This document shows, piece by piece, positions 11,246-19,664 of a stretch of 64,000 nucleotides of DNA. Made by a program: the position numbers and the translations under genes. The first letter of the stretch is position 1, and each line of letters begins with the position of its first letter. The notes under the pieces are model-generated. The model ran no database searches. It was given only the letters and a program-made list of their open reading frames with translations, and was not told the DNA's origin. Source of the DNA: Omnitrophica bacterium RIFCSPLOWO2_12_FULL_50_11 (GTDB lineage: Bacteria > Omnitrophota > Omnitrophia > Omnitrophales > Danuiimicrobiaceae); NCBI GenBank assembly GCA_001804315.1, contig MHFT01000050.1:4600-68599 (forward strand), read 5' to 3'.

Positions 11246-11518
11246 CTAGACAATGGGGTCCACTTCCGATGAACATAAAATATTTGTAAAAAAATAACCT
11301 GTTGGATGCTCCAAAGTTGCATATCGAAAAATACCGCCGGTTACGGCGATGATCAAATCAACGGTTATCCAGTTGCTTCCTTCTTTGAAATATGCAAAAT
11401 CATCCGGTGGGGACAGGGCCGGTCCGGCGATGGGGATGATATTGGCAATGCCCTCAGGCGTATCCGTGTCTCTGATCTCTATAAAGTGACCAGTTCCGTC
11501 TTGAAGTACTCGGTACAT
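11246..11518 (-). CDS. Hypothetical 90-aa protein
   Basis: ATG lies 2 nt after the antitoxin stop; no recognisable motif. Confidence 0.35.
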   Translation of the reverse strand: MYRVLQDGTGHFIEIRDTDTPEGIANIIPIAGPALSPPDDFAYFKEGSNWITVDLIIAVTGGIFRYATLEHPTGYFFTNILCSSEVDPIV

Positions 11519-11520
11519 TT

Positions 11521-11862
11521 TTAAGCTGCCTGACGATCTCTTTTTGCAATTGCCTGTCCAATTTTATGCAAGGCCTCTCGGCTAATAGGGATGGCCTGCA
11601 AACGTACTGTATAACCGAGATGGAGCAATATCTTTTCGAGTGTCGCAACACTTGAAAATTCTCCGCTCTCCATTTTGGAAATATGCTGCTGGGATACACC
11701 AATCTTCTCGGCCAATTGTGTCTGATTCAGTTTGTGCTTGATCCGGTAATCAACGATCTTTTTCACAATCTCGAGTTTCTGCTCCTCAAGCTCGTGAAGT
11801 TCCTTAAAATAGGGATCCTTGAGCTTTTCCTGCAGATGCTTGTCAACGCTTTCCGTCTTCAT
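11521..11862 (-). CDS. XRE-family HTH antitoxin (HigA-like)
   Basis: LNQTQLAEKIGVSQQHISKMESG; start chosen at MKTESV after GGGGTG. Confidence 0.85.
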   Translation of the reverse strand: MKTESVDKHLQEKLKDPYFKELHELEEQKLEIVKKIVDYRIKHKLNQTQLAEKIGVSQQHISKMESGEFSSVATLEKILLHLGYTVRLQAIPISREALHKIGQAIAKRDRQAA

Positions 11863-11887
11863 TTTGATCACCCCATTTCTTTCCATC

Positions 11888-12247
11888 TTATTTTTGCTTT
11901 CCTGTTCTTTCCAAAAAGAGCTTCCGTCTCTGAATCGCAACTTCCCTTTCGTTCTTTGGCGTCTTATCGGATTTCTTAATAAAGCCATTTGTGAAAATTG
12001 CCCGGTCCTGATGAAAGAAAAAGTATAAAACCCTTATAGCTCCCTCCCGTCCCTTGAACCTGAGTTCTAATATCTCATCGCCTATATACTTTGCATGGGG
12101 CTGCGGAAGCTTGTGTCCAAACTCTTCCAGCAGACCTACAACGAAGAAGAACTTCCGCTGTGTCTTCGGAACCAGTGAATCGATGAACTCTCGAACCGGC
12201 ACCCAGCTTGAATCCGTGACGAAGTATTCGCATGATACCTTCTTCAC
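11888..12247 (-). CDS. RelE/HigB (Gp49-like) toxin
   Basis: PVREFI, LEEFG..L..PH, ILELR, RVLYF, NGFIKK..KTP. Confidence 0.88.
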   Translation of the reverse strand: MKKVSCEYFVTDSSWVPVREFIDSLVPKTQRKFFFVVGLLEEFGHKLPQPHAKYIGDEILELRFKGREGAIRVLYFFFHQDRAIFTNGFIKKSDKTPKNEREVAIQRRKLFLERTGKQK

Positions 12248-12271
12248 TTCACCCCCTGATGTTATATTACA

Positions 12272-12309
12272 ACCATTTAGTAGTATGCCACCATTTAGTT
12301 GTATGTCAA
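12272..12309 (-). promoter_or_regulatory. TA promoter with tandem 18-bp operator-like repeat
   Basis: ACCATTTAGT(A/T)GTATG(C/T)C twice (12272-12289, 12290-12307), overlapping minus-strand TTGACA (12309-12304). Confidence 0.6.
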
Positions 12310-12399
12310 GTTGGCCATTAAAGTAAAAACCGCCAGATGCCTATAGGAAGGACACCCGGCGGTTCTGTTTCTCTTTCGATTTTTTGATGGGAGAACAAT

Positions 12400-12432
12400 T
12401 GGCTCCCCGTACTGGACGACTTTCGCAACTGG
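12400..12432 (-). other. tRNA-3'-like / att-like scar
   Basis: Minus strand ends ...GGGGAGCCA; CTCCCCGTA and ACGACTTTCGCAAC recur at 17482-17541. Confidence 0.5.
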
Positions 12433-12505
12433 GCACTATCTACCACAGAGACGGGAATCTTCAAAGTCCATTTTGAGGCAGCTATTTGTTAGGAGTAGGA
12501 AATCA

Positions 12506-14761
12506 TCAAGAGTGCTGAATAGCAAGTCTTGCTAAAAGGTAAGAGGTGGTGGACTCCGCTCCCTGATTGAGATTAATTTGACCGTCTCCCACGCCGTCAT
12601 AACACCCGCCCGTGGCCCTGTCATAAACCATCTGATTCAGGCTGTTGTCGCCCAAAAACCAGTTAAAGGCTTCGAGCATGAGTTTGTGATAACTCTCTTT
12701 TCCTGTGACAGAATAGGCGATCTGAAGCGCGCAAGCCATGGCGGAAGCGTCCTCGGGCTGCTGGTCAAAATAGCGGCGCTCACCGGTTTTTTGATGCCAG
12801 CCATCCTGGCCAATCGGCGCGTAGATTCCGTTTAAAAAAGTCTGGGCAATCAAAAAATCCAAAGTCTTGATGCCAGTCTCGAGAAAATCACTATTGCCGG
12901 TTTGCTGATACCCCAAAAGAAGCGCCTCGGGAACAACGGCATTCGAATAGGTTAAATAGGTTTCGAACCATTCCCATTCTTTCGACGAAACTCCCCGGTA
13001 AAGCGAGACCAGGCGGTCACAGTAACGAACCACTCGCTGTTTGAAGTCTTCCCAGTTAATTTCCTTCGGATTTTTTAAAAGTAGGCAAAGTCCTTTCACA
13101 TAAAAGGCGGTGGCGCGTGGGGATTCTATTATCAGAGGATGGTCCATTCTTCTTTTTAATAAGGAAAATGCCCTCTCTCTAAGGGTGTCCGGCAGGGCTG
13201 CTGTAGTTGCCGCGGCTGCGAGCGCCCAGAGTGTCCGGCCATTCGCGTCTTCAAGATTTTCTTTTTGGTTAAACTCATGGTCGATGGTTCTATCCGGCTT
13301 CACGTAATTATAAAAAAGGCCGTTTTCGTCCGAGACAAATTCGATGAAACGCAGGTAAATTTCAATGCGTTTGAGCACTTCATTTTTTCTTTTATCAGGA
13401 GAAAGGGCCTTAATGGCTTTGCCGATCTGCTCCATGTAGGAACACGACACAATAAGCGCACGTGCGTTATCGTCTACGGTATAACCCGAGGAAATGTCAG
13501 GCAAAGAAAGCTGGGCGAATTGAATGATCCCGAAATCGTCGGTCAGACGAAACAAATGGTTTAAGTTACTCCGTGGAATTTTTTTGTACTTACTGACTTT
13601 GGCGATATCGCCGGAGTATTTCGAAAACAATTTTAAATACTCAAGGGCAACATTGTCCCAGGTCATATTGCGGGTCCTAAAATAAGCGTTCTTTCCAAAT
13701 TGTTCCCTGAGCTGGAGGTCTTTCAAAAGCTTGAGAAGAGCCTCGGCATAGGAGGCCGAGTCCCTGAAATTGACTAAGAACCCGGTTTGTGGAGTGATGA
13801 TCTCCTTGGCTTGGGCAAAAGGAGTAGAGATGACGGGTCGGCCGGACCCCAGAGCGTAGGAGAGCGTTCCCGAAACAGTTTGATTCGGATCCAGAGAGGT
13901 TGAAATGTAAATATCCGCGGCCCTCAAAAACTGGAGGAGTTTGTCGAGCGATACGTACTCATTATAGAAACTTACGTTAGAAGAGAGCTTGAGTTCGCGC
14001 ACCTTTTGAATGAGGGACTTCCGGTAGCTTTCGCCTTCTTCTTTTAAGACATTGGGATGAGTCGCACCCAAAACGATATACCTGAGGTCCGGGTAAGCCT
14101 TCACCACCGGAGGCAGGGCCTCCAGAACATATTCAATTCCTTTTCCGCGGCTGAGAAGCCCGAAGGTCAAAAGGATTGTGTTTTTTGAAAAACTTAAAAC
14201 AGACTTGGACTTTGCGCTGGGGGTATAAGGCGCGGGGTGAATACCGTGAAGGATGACCGAAATTTTTTTCCCGTCAATTCCGTATTCTCCGGCCAGGATT
14301 TCTTTTGAACGGTGCGTCATTGCGACTAGACCGCTTGTTTTTTCGGCGATCGAACGCACGATGTTATGAAGTTCGGGATTGGGGGAAGGGAGAACGCTAT
14401 GAAAGGTCACAACCGAAGGCTTTTTGAGTACGTCTAAAAAGGAAAGGATACAAGAACCGTATTTTCCTCCAAAAAGGCCGAATTCATGTTGGATATTGAC
14501 GAGCTTGATGTCATCCGTTTTGTTTATTTTTTCAGCCGTACTGATGAAGCTGGACTCCGAATGCGGGTCGAGCTCGAAAATTACTTCCCGCGGGTAATGG
14601 TAGCGCGACACCGCATCGTTGTTGATCGCGGCGATCCGCGAATCCAGGGCAGTCTCAAACAAGTGATCGATGGCGACCGCGAGGTCTTGAGTAAAAGTCG
14701 CGATCCCGCATTCCCGGGGCGGAAAACTGGACAAATAGACAATCTTTAGGCTTTCTTTCAT
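12506..14761 (-). CDS. GT4-type glycosyltransferase fused to an (alpha/alpha)6-barrel-like domain
   Basis: PPRECGIATF, QHEFGLFGG, SGTLSYA; C-terminal YTVDDNARAL, FDQQP, NQGAEST. Confidence 0.88.
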   Translation of the reverse strand: MKESLKIVYLSSFPPRECGIATFTQDLAVAIDHLFETALDSRIAAINNDAVSRYHYPREVIFELDPHSESSFISTAEKINKTDDIKLVNIQHEFGLFGGKYGSCILSFLDVLKKPSVVTFHSVLPSPNPELHNIVRSIAEKTSGLVAMTHRSKEILAGEYGIDGKKISVILHGIHPAPYTPSAKSKSVLSFSKNTILLTFGLLSRGKGIEYVLEALPPVVKAYPDLRYIVLGATHPNVLKEEGESYRKSLIQKVRELKLSSNVSFYNEYVSLDKLLQFLRAADIYISTSLDPNQTVSGTLSYALGSGRPVISTPFAQAKEIITPQTGFLVNFRDSASYAEALLKLLKDLQLREQFGKNAYFRTRNMTWDNVALEYLKLFSKYSGDIAKVSKYKKIPRSNLNHLFRLTDDFGIIQFAQLSLPDISSGYTVDDNARALIVSCSYMEQIGKAIKALSPDKRKNEVLKRIEIYLRFIEFVSDENGLFYNYVKPDRTIDHEFNQKENLEDANGRTLWALAAAATTAALPDTLRERAFSLLKRRMDHPLIIESPRATAFYVKGLCLLLKNPKEINWEDFKQRVVRYCDRLVSLYRGVSSKEWEWFETYLTYSNAVVPEALLLGYQQTGNSDFLETGIKTLDFLIAQTFLNGIYAPIGQDGWHQKTGERRYFDQQPEDASAMACALQIAYSVTGKESYHKLMLEAFNWFLGDNSLNQMVYDRATGGCYDGVGDGQINLNQGAESTTSYLLARLAIQHS

Positions 14762-14783
14762 TTAATAGACGGACAACCCAACC

Positions 14784-15803
14784 CTACTGGTTTTTCAATT
14801 CTCCCAAGAGTTCATCGATCTCGAGAGATTTCGCCGCGATCCTTTTGTCGGCAGCGCCGTAGTAGATAAAAAGCCGGCCGTCTTTTAGCACGGTGCCTGT
14901 GGGGAAAACCACGTTGTTGACATCGCCCTGCTTTTCCCACGCTTCGACGGGAGAAAACAAGGGCCGTTTCAGACGCCCTATGACTTTGGTCGGATCATGG
15001 AAGTCGAGGAGGGCGGCGGCGTGATAAATCCGGCCCTGGCGGGAGTCTTCTACGCCGTGATAGATCAAAAGCCACCCGTCTTTCGTTTCGATAGGCGGAC
15101 ACCCGCCTCCGATGTTCCTGCTTTCAAACCTGTATTCGGGATCGAGTACAATGTAGTCACCCAAATTCATGAGATAAGCTCTCCAATAATCATCCGTCAA
15201 GTCTTTAAAATCATTGAAATAGATGACTTGTATTCCGGGTAAGACCCGGTGAATTAGCGCGAATTTATTTTTAATTTTCTTGGGAAAGATGAAGGCATCT
15301 TTCTCCCACAGGAGCATGTCGTTACCCTGGCGGTCTCTGATGTAGGAATCGAAGACAAAATAGTTCTCCCGCACCTTGGTCGTCGAGCAGCCAAAAAGGT
15401 TGCTTGCTTCGATGTAAGGAATGCGCGGGGAGATTACTTCGTGTTTTTCGAAATGGACAAGGTCGGTGCTGGTCGCATAAGCAAACAGCGCGTTTTTTCC
15501 GTCATAAACCGTATAAAAAAGATAATAGACCCCGTCTAAAAAAATAATCCGCGGGTCCTCGACACCCATTCTTTCGTAACGGTGTTCGGGAAAAAGGATG
15601 GGCCTCTCCAATCGGGCGACGACCTTGCCCCCTTCCAGCCGGCAGCAGCCTATGGACGAAACCATGTCCACGCGCCGCACGGCCCGGTAAAACAAGTGAG
15701 TCACGCCGTCTTTTTCGATGCAGGCGGGATTTAAAACCACCTGATTTTCAAATGCGTTTTCCGAACTTTCGAGGATGATGCCCTCGCTTTTGATTTAGAT
15801 CAT
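14784..15803 (-). pseudogene. GH130 glycoside phosphorylase/hydrolase, with an in-frame TAA at codon 3
   Basis: NPA, EDPR, KDA..FP, VNNVVFPTG, YYGAAD; ATG-ATC-TAA-ATC-AAA-AGC-GAG-GGC in frame with ORF 14784-15740. Confidence 0.75.
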
Positions 15804-15815
15804 GGGCCTCCAAAT

Positions 15816-15840
15816 GCCGCCTGCCTGTCGGCAGGCAGGG
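15816..15840. repeat. CCTGCCTGTCGGCAGGCAGG short palindrome
   Basis: Inverted repeat cctgcctg/caggcagg. Confidence 0.6.
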
Positions 15841-16000
15841 GTTCAATAAAAAAGCGCTACCGGATTATACTCCGGCAACACCTTGGGATTATGGGTATTG
15901 TAATAATCTCGTCGGGATGGACGCCAAACGAACCACGCATGATCAATGGGCATCATTACTTATAACAATGGAAAAGTGGCGTGGTGCCCACGGAGCGAAG

Positions 16001-17173
16001 TTAATCGAGCCTGTCCTTTAAAACATATCCCGTTGTCCTGCCGTCACCGATTTTTTGAATAAGGCCCGCTTCGAGCAATCGGTTGAAATCCTTGCGCGCT
16101 GTTTCGTCGGAGCATTGATTGAGCTTGCAATACTTCCTGGTTGTCATTTTCTCCGGATGTTCGAGCATCCACTGAAGCGCTTTAATTTGTTTCTTGTCAA
16201 GTTGGGCTTGGGCCTTTTGGCTTAAAACATCGCGGATGTCCCTGACCTTTGTTTCTTTCGCAATCTCGATCTGAACGTTTTTTAATTGCTCCGCCAGAGC
16301 TGTCAGGTAATAAAGAATAAAAAACGTTGCATCGCTGTCATGGGCCTCGGCATTCTGGATAGCACGGTAATATTCACCGCGATGATGGTCAAAATAATCC
16401 GATGGGACAAGGAAATTGATAAATTGATAGCCCTGCTTCATCAGATACAAATTTGATAATGCTCGGGCCGAGCGGCCGTTGCCATCATCAAAAGGATGAA
16501 CATGCACGAAATAAAGATGCACAAACGCGGCCTTTATCAGAGGGTGATTTTCAAAAGTATCATTCATCCACTGAACGTAAGAATCCATCATTCGCATCAC
16601 TTCGGATGCCGGAGGGCCTTCATAAACAACTTGCCCTTGGCCGTCTACAACATAGATGGGGCCTTTACGGTACCCCCCGACGGTAATGGGTCTTTTCTTA
16701 TGGGTGTTCCTTACAAGAATCTTGTGAAGCTCGCAGATCATTTCATGGCTGAAAGGATTTGCGCTTTGCCCACGGATATATTCTAAGGCGTCCCTGTTAT
16801 TGACGATCATTTGAAGACTTTCATCTCCATAATCTTCCCGGGAAGGTTTGTTCAAGTGGAGCAAAGCCACTTCCAGACTCGTTACGGCCCCTTCAATATG
16901 GCTGGAGTAATAAGCTTCCTTTTTTTCGGTTTCAGACGCTAGACGATCGAGAAATTTTTTCGGAAGCTTAAGCGAAGCTAAAAATCCCCTGTTCCTTTCG
17001 ATCTCGGAGATGAGGGCCAGAAGAGTTGGGGGCAGAACAAACCAAAAAGGTTTTCCTTTTTTATCAAGAAGATCCAGACGGTTTGCCTTGCGGAGACGGT
17101 CTTCTTCAACCTCTCGCCATTTTTCGGGGCTGTATTTGGCCAGGATTTTTTGTTTTTCGAAGTAATCTTCCAT
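16001..17173 (-). CDS. Fic family protein with C-terminal winged HTH
   Basis: Canonical HPFDDGNGRSAR, SSHIEG; C-terminal TARKDF..L...G.I...G.GR.T.Y. Confidence 0.92.
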   Translation of the reverse strand: MEDYFEKQKILAKYSPEKWREVEEDRLRKANRLDLLDKKGKPFWFVLPPTLLALISEIERNRGFLASLKLPKKFLDRLASETEKKEAYYSSHIEGAVTSLEVALLHLNKPSREDYGDESLQMIVNNRDALEYIRGQSANPFSHEMICELHKILVRNTHKKRPITVGGYRKGPIYVVDGQGQVVYEGPPASEVMRMMDSYVQWMNDTFENHPLIKAAFVHLYFVHVHPFDDGNGRSARALSNLYLMKQGYQFINFLVPSDYFDHHRGEYYRAIQNAEAHDSDATFFILYYLTALAEQLKNVQIEIAKETKVRDIRDVLSQKAQAQLDKKQIKALQWMLEHPEKMTTRKYCKLNQCSDETARKDFNRLLEAGLIQKIGDGRTTGYVLKDRLD

Positions 17174-17182
17174 AAAAGTTAA

Positions 17183-17300
17183 TCGCCAACTATTCGCCAA
17201 TAATATACCCGGTTTCTTGAGGATTGTCCAGAGGGGATTTTTACGAATTCGTAGTTCGAAATCGCCAATAAAACGCCAATTATTCGCCAAGCTGTTGTCA
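17183..17300 (-). promoter_or_regulatory. fic promoter with CGCCAA direct repeats
   Basis: TGGACA-N17-TATATT (17230-17202); five CGCCAA copies at about 11-bp spacing in two clusters. Confidence 0.55.
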
Positions 17301-17401
17301 AATTTATTGCCAGGTTTTTAGCGCCCTTACAAAGAAAAAAGGTGAAGCCGCTTTGATTCGCCTTCACCTTTACTTTTGGCTCGAAAAGTTCGAGCCCTAT
17401 A

Positions 17402-17426
17402 GGGCTCCCCGGGCAGGGCTCGAACC
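17402..17426 (-). other. tRNA 3'-half fragment (T-arm + acceptor strand), att-like
   Basis: Minus strand GGTTCGAGCCCTGCCCGGGGAGCCC; no 5' half nearby. Confidence 0.65.
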
Positions 17427-17572
17427 AAGGTCACTCGAAAAATAAAAGGGGTTGCACTTCCGCACAACCCCTTTGCGGTTTCTCCCCGTATGGGCGGGCT
17501 TTTTTCAGTCCCGCGTAGTTTGCGGGAACGACTTTCGCAACCGGCTGATATTCAAAGGCCGTCCTAAGCGAA

Positions 17573-18802
17573 TCAGTGCCTTCGCCCAAAGCGCCGCCGC
17601 GGTTTGAAACTCCGTCGGGTGGCACTAAAACCGCGGCTTCCTGTGAATGGACGGGGAGCCGGGAAAGATTCTTTGGGCAGCTCGGGATGTTCGGAAATCG
17701 GAAGCGCAACGCGCATCAACCGTTCGATAGCCCGTACTTCTTTTTCCTGCTCCGGCATGGCGAAGGATATGGCATGACCCGGATTGCCCGCTCGCCCCGT
17801 ACGTCCAATACGATGAATATAGTTTTCCGAATCTTCGGGAAGGTCGTAATTGATCACCAGCTCAATTCCCCTTACATCAATGCCGCGTGAGGCGATGTCT
17901 GTCGCTACGAGGACACGGTACCTACCGTTTCGGAAACCTTCGAGCGCCTCGCGCCGCTGGGACAGGGAGCGGTTGGAATGAATTTCCGCAGTTCGATGGC
18001 CGATGCTGCGAATCACAGCCGTGATTTTTCTCGCGCCGGCCTTGGTCCGTGAAAAAATGAGCACAGAACCGTGGTATTGCGCCAGGATTTTTTCGAGGAG
18101 CTTACGCTTGGATTCCTTGCGCACCACAAAAAGTTCGTGAGTCACTTTTTCTGCGGCGGTTCCGGATTTGGCGATTTCCACTTGTACAGGCAGCTTCATA
18201 TAAGACGCTGCAAGCCGCGTGATGGCCTCAGGCATCGTCGCAGAAAAAAGCATGGTCTGCCGGTCACGGGGTACAAACCGTAAAATTCTTTGGATCTGAG
18301 GGGCAAAACCCATGTCAAGCATCCGATCCGCCTCGTCCAGTACCAGCACATGCACGTCATTCAAAGTGACGTTGCGTTGCTCTATGTGATCGATCAGCCG
18401 GCCGGGTGTCGCGATTAAAATTCGGGGGTGATGCCTGAGTTCCTGGATTTGCAGATGCATAGAAGCCCCGCCGATCAGCACCGCCATTTTGACTTTTGGC
18501 ATTACCCTGATCAGGTGGTGATGCACTTGCACGGCCAGTTCACGGGTTGGAACAAGTACCAAGCCCCGGCCGCCGGTTTGGGCAAGGCGTTGAAGCATCG
18601 GGATACCGAAGGCGAGGGTTTTTCCCGTACCTGTTTGCGCAATGCCAATCAGATCCTTGCCCTCTAGTGCAATGGGGATGGCCTTTTGCTGAATGGGTGT
18701 GGGGGTGTGAAATCTAATGTGATGAAGCGCATCCAGGAATTGGGGTGCAATGCCCAGGTCGTAAAACCCCGATCCGGGAGGTGCCGTCAGATGTGTGGTC
18801 AT
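17573..18802 (-). CDS. DEAD-box RNA helicase (RhlE-like)
   Basis: GTGKT, PTREL, DEAD, SAT, HRIGRTGR. Confidence 0.95.
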   Translation of the reverse strand: MTTHLTAPPGSGFYDLGIAPQFLDALHHIRFHTPTPIQQKAIPIALEGKDLIGIAQTGTGKTLAFGIPMLQRLAQTGGRGLVLVPTRELAVQVHHHLIRVMPKVKMAVLIGGASMHLQIQELRHHPRILIATPGRLIDHIEQRNVTLNDVHVLVLDEADRMLDMGFAPQIQRILRFVPRDRQTMLFSATMPEAITRLAASYMKLPVQVEIAKSGTAAEKVTHELFVVRKESKRKLLEKILAQYHGSVLIFSRTKAGARKITAVIRSIGHRTAEIHSNRSLSQRREALEGFRNGRYRVLVATDIASRGIDVRGIELVINYDLPEDSENYIHRIGRTGRAGNPGHAISFAMPEQEKEVRAIERLMRVALPISEHPELPKESFPAPRPFTGSRGFSATRRSFKPRRRFGRRH

Positions 18803-18892
18803 GGCGTTAGTATAAACTTAAATCGAAGCCGGACAAAACAAAAATTACAAACACGAGATTTGGGACTGCTAATGGAAAGCCGGGACGGCCAC

Positions 18893-19032
18893 TACAGTGT
18901 TTCATAAGTTCTTAACCAGGTTTGAGATTGCTTCGTCGGCCTTCGGCCTCCTCGCAAAGACGCGTCATTGCGAGCGAAGCGAAGCAATCTCAAACCTCAC
19001 GAAACCTGTCCTAAAACTTATGAAACGCTGTA
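18893..19032. mobile_element. TA-flanked MITE-like element enclosing a CGTC-type palindrome dimer
   Basis: TIRs CAGTGTTTCATAAGTT/AACTTATGAAACGCTG with TA on each side; internal gagattgcttcg...cgtcattgcgagcgaagcgaagcaatctc. Confidence 0.7.
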
Positions 19033-19040
19033 CTACGCCT

Positions 19041-19664
19041 TTAGTGGATGGCCATTTTCGCAACGAACTCAACCTCTCTTCTGAGGACTCTTTTTTTTAT
19101 GGATCTCTTCGCAATGTTCTTGAGAATTTTCTCGACGGGAAGCCCTACGGCGTTTGAGAAGGAACCTTTCACTTCTTCAACGATACCCCTCTGACGGGAT
19201 TGGATGGCGTAAGCGCCTGCTTTATCCAACGGATTTACTTTCTGAACATAACTTTGGATGCCTCGCGCTGTGAGTCTTTTAAGGCGGACGGCGGTTTTCT
19301 CAAAAAAAACGGTTCTTTTGATAACGTGACCTCCGATGATTTTAAAAATCGCAACCCCTGTGTAAACGTAATGCCACCGGCCCTGAAGTCTTCCCAGGAT
19401 GAGGCGTGCCTCTCTTTGATTTGCGGGCTTGCCGAAAATCTTTCCGCCCAGGCAAACCACGGTGTCGGCCGCAAGAAGGGTTCCGTTTTTGACTTGCCCC
19501 GCACAGGAGTCAGCTTTCTTGACCGCATGAATTTGAACGATCCTGGAAGGCGGTGCCGTGGGCCTTCGGTCCTCTTCAAAATCCGGTTTAAGCATGCGGA
19601 AGGGAATTCCAACCCTTTTAAGAAGGGCTTTCCTTCGCGGGGAGGTTGATGCAAGATAAATCAA
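19041..19664 (-). CDS. maf: Maf family nucleotide pyrophosphatase
   Basis: LASTSPRR, AADTVV, GKP, DKAGAYAIQ, VGLP; TTG start overlaps the upstream stop. Confidence 0.92.
   Translation of the reverse strand: MIYLASTSPRRKALLKRVGIPFRMLKPDFEEDRRPTAPPSRIVQIHAVKKADSCAGQVKNGTLLAADTVVCLGGKIFGKPANQREARLILGRLQGRWHYVYTGVAIFKIIGGHVIKRTVFFEKTAVRLKRLTARGIQSYVQKVNPLDKAGAYAIQSRQRGIVEEVKGSFSNAVGLPVEKILKNIAKRSIKKRVLRREVEFVAKMAIH

Noticed and set aside
18897-19157. ORF containing RHCERSEAIS
   Set aside because: Translation of a CGTC-type repeat, and overlaps maf antisense
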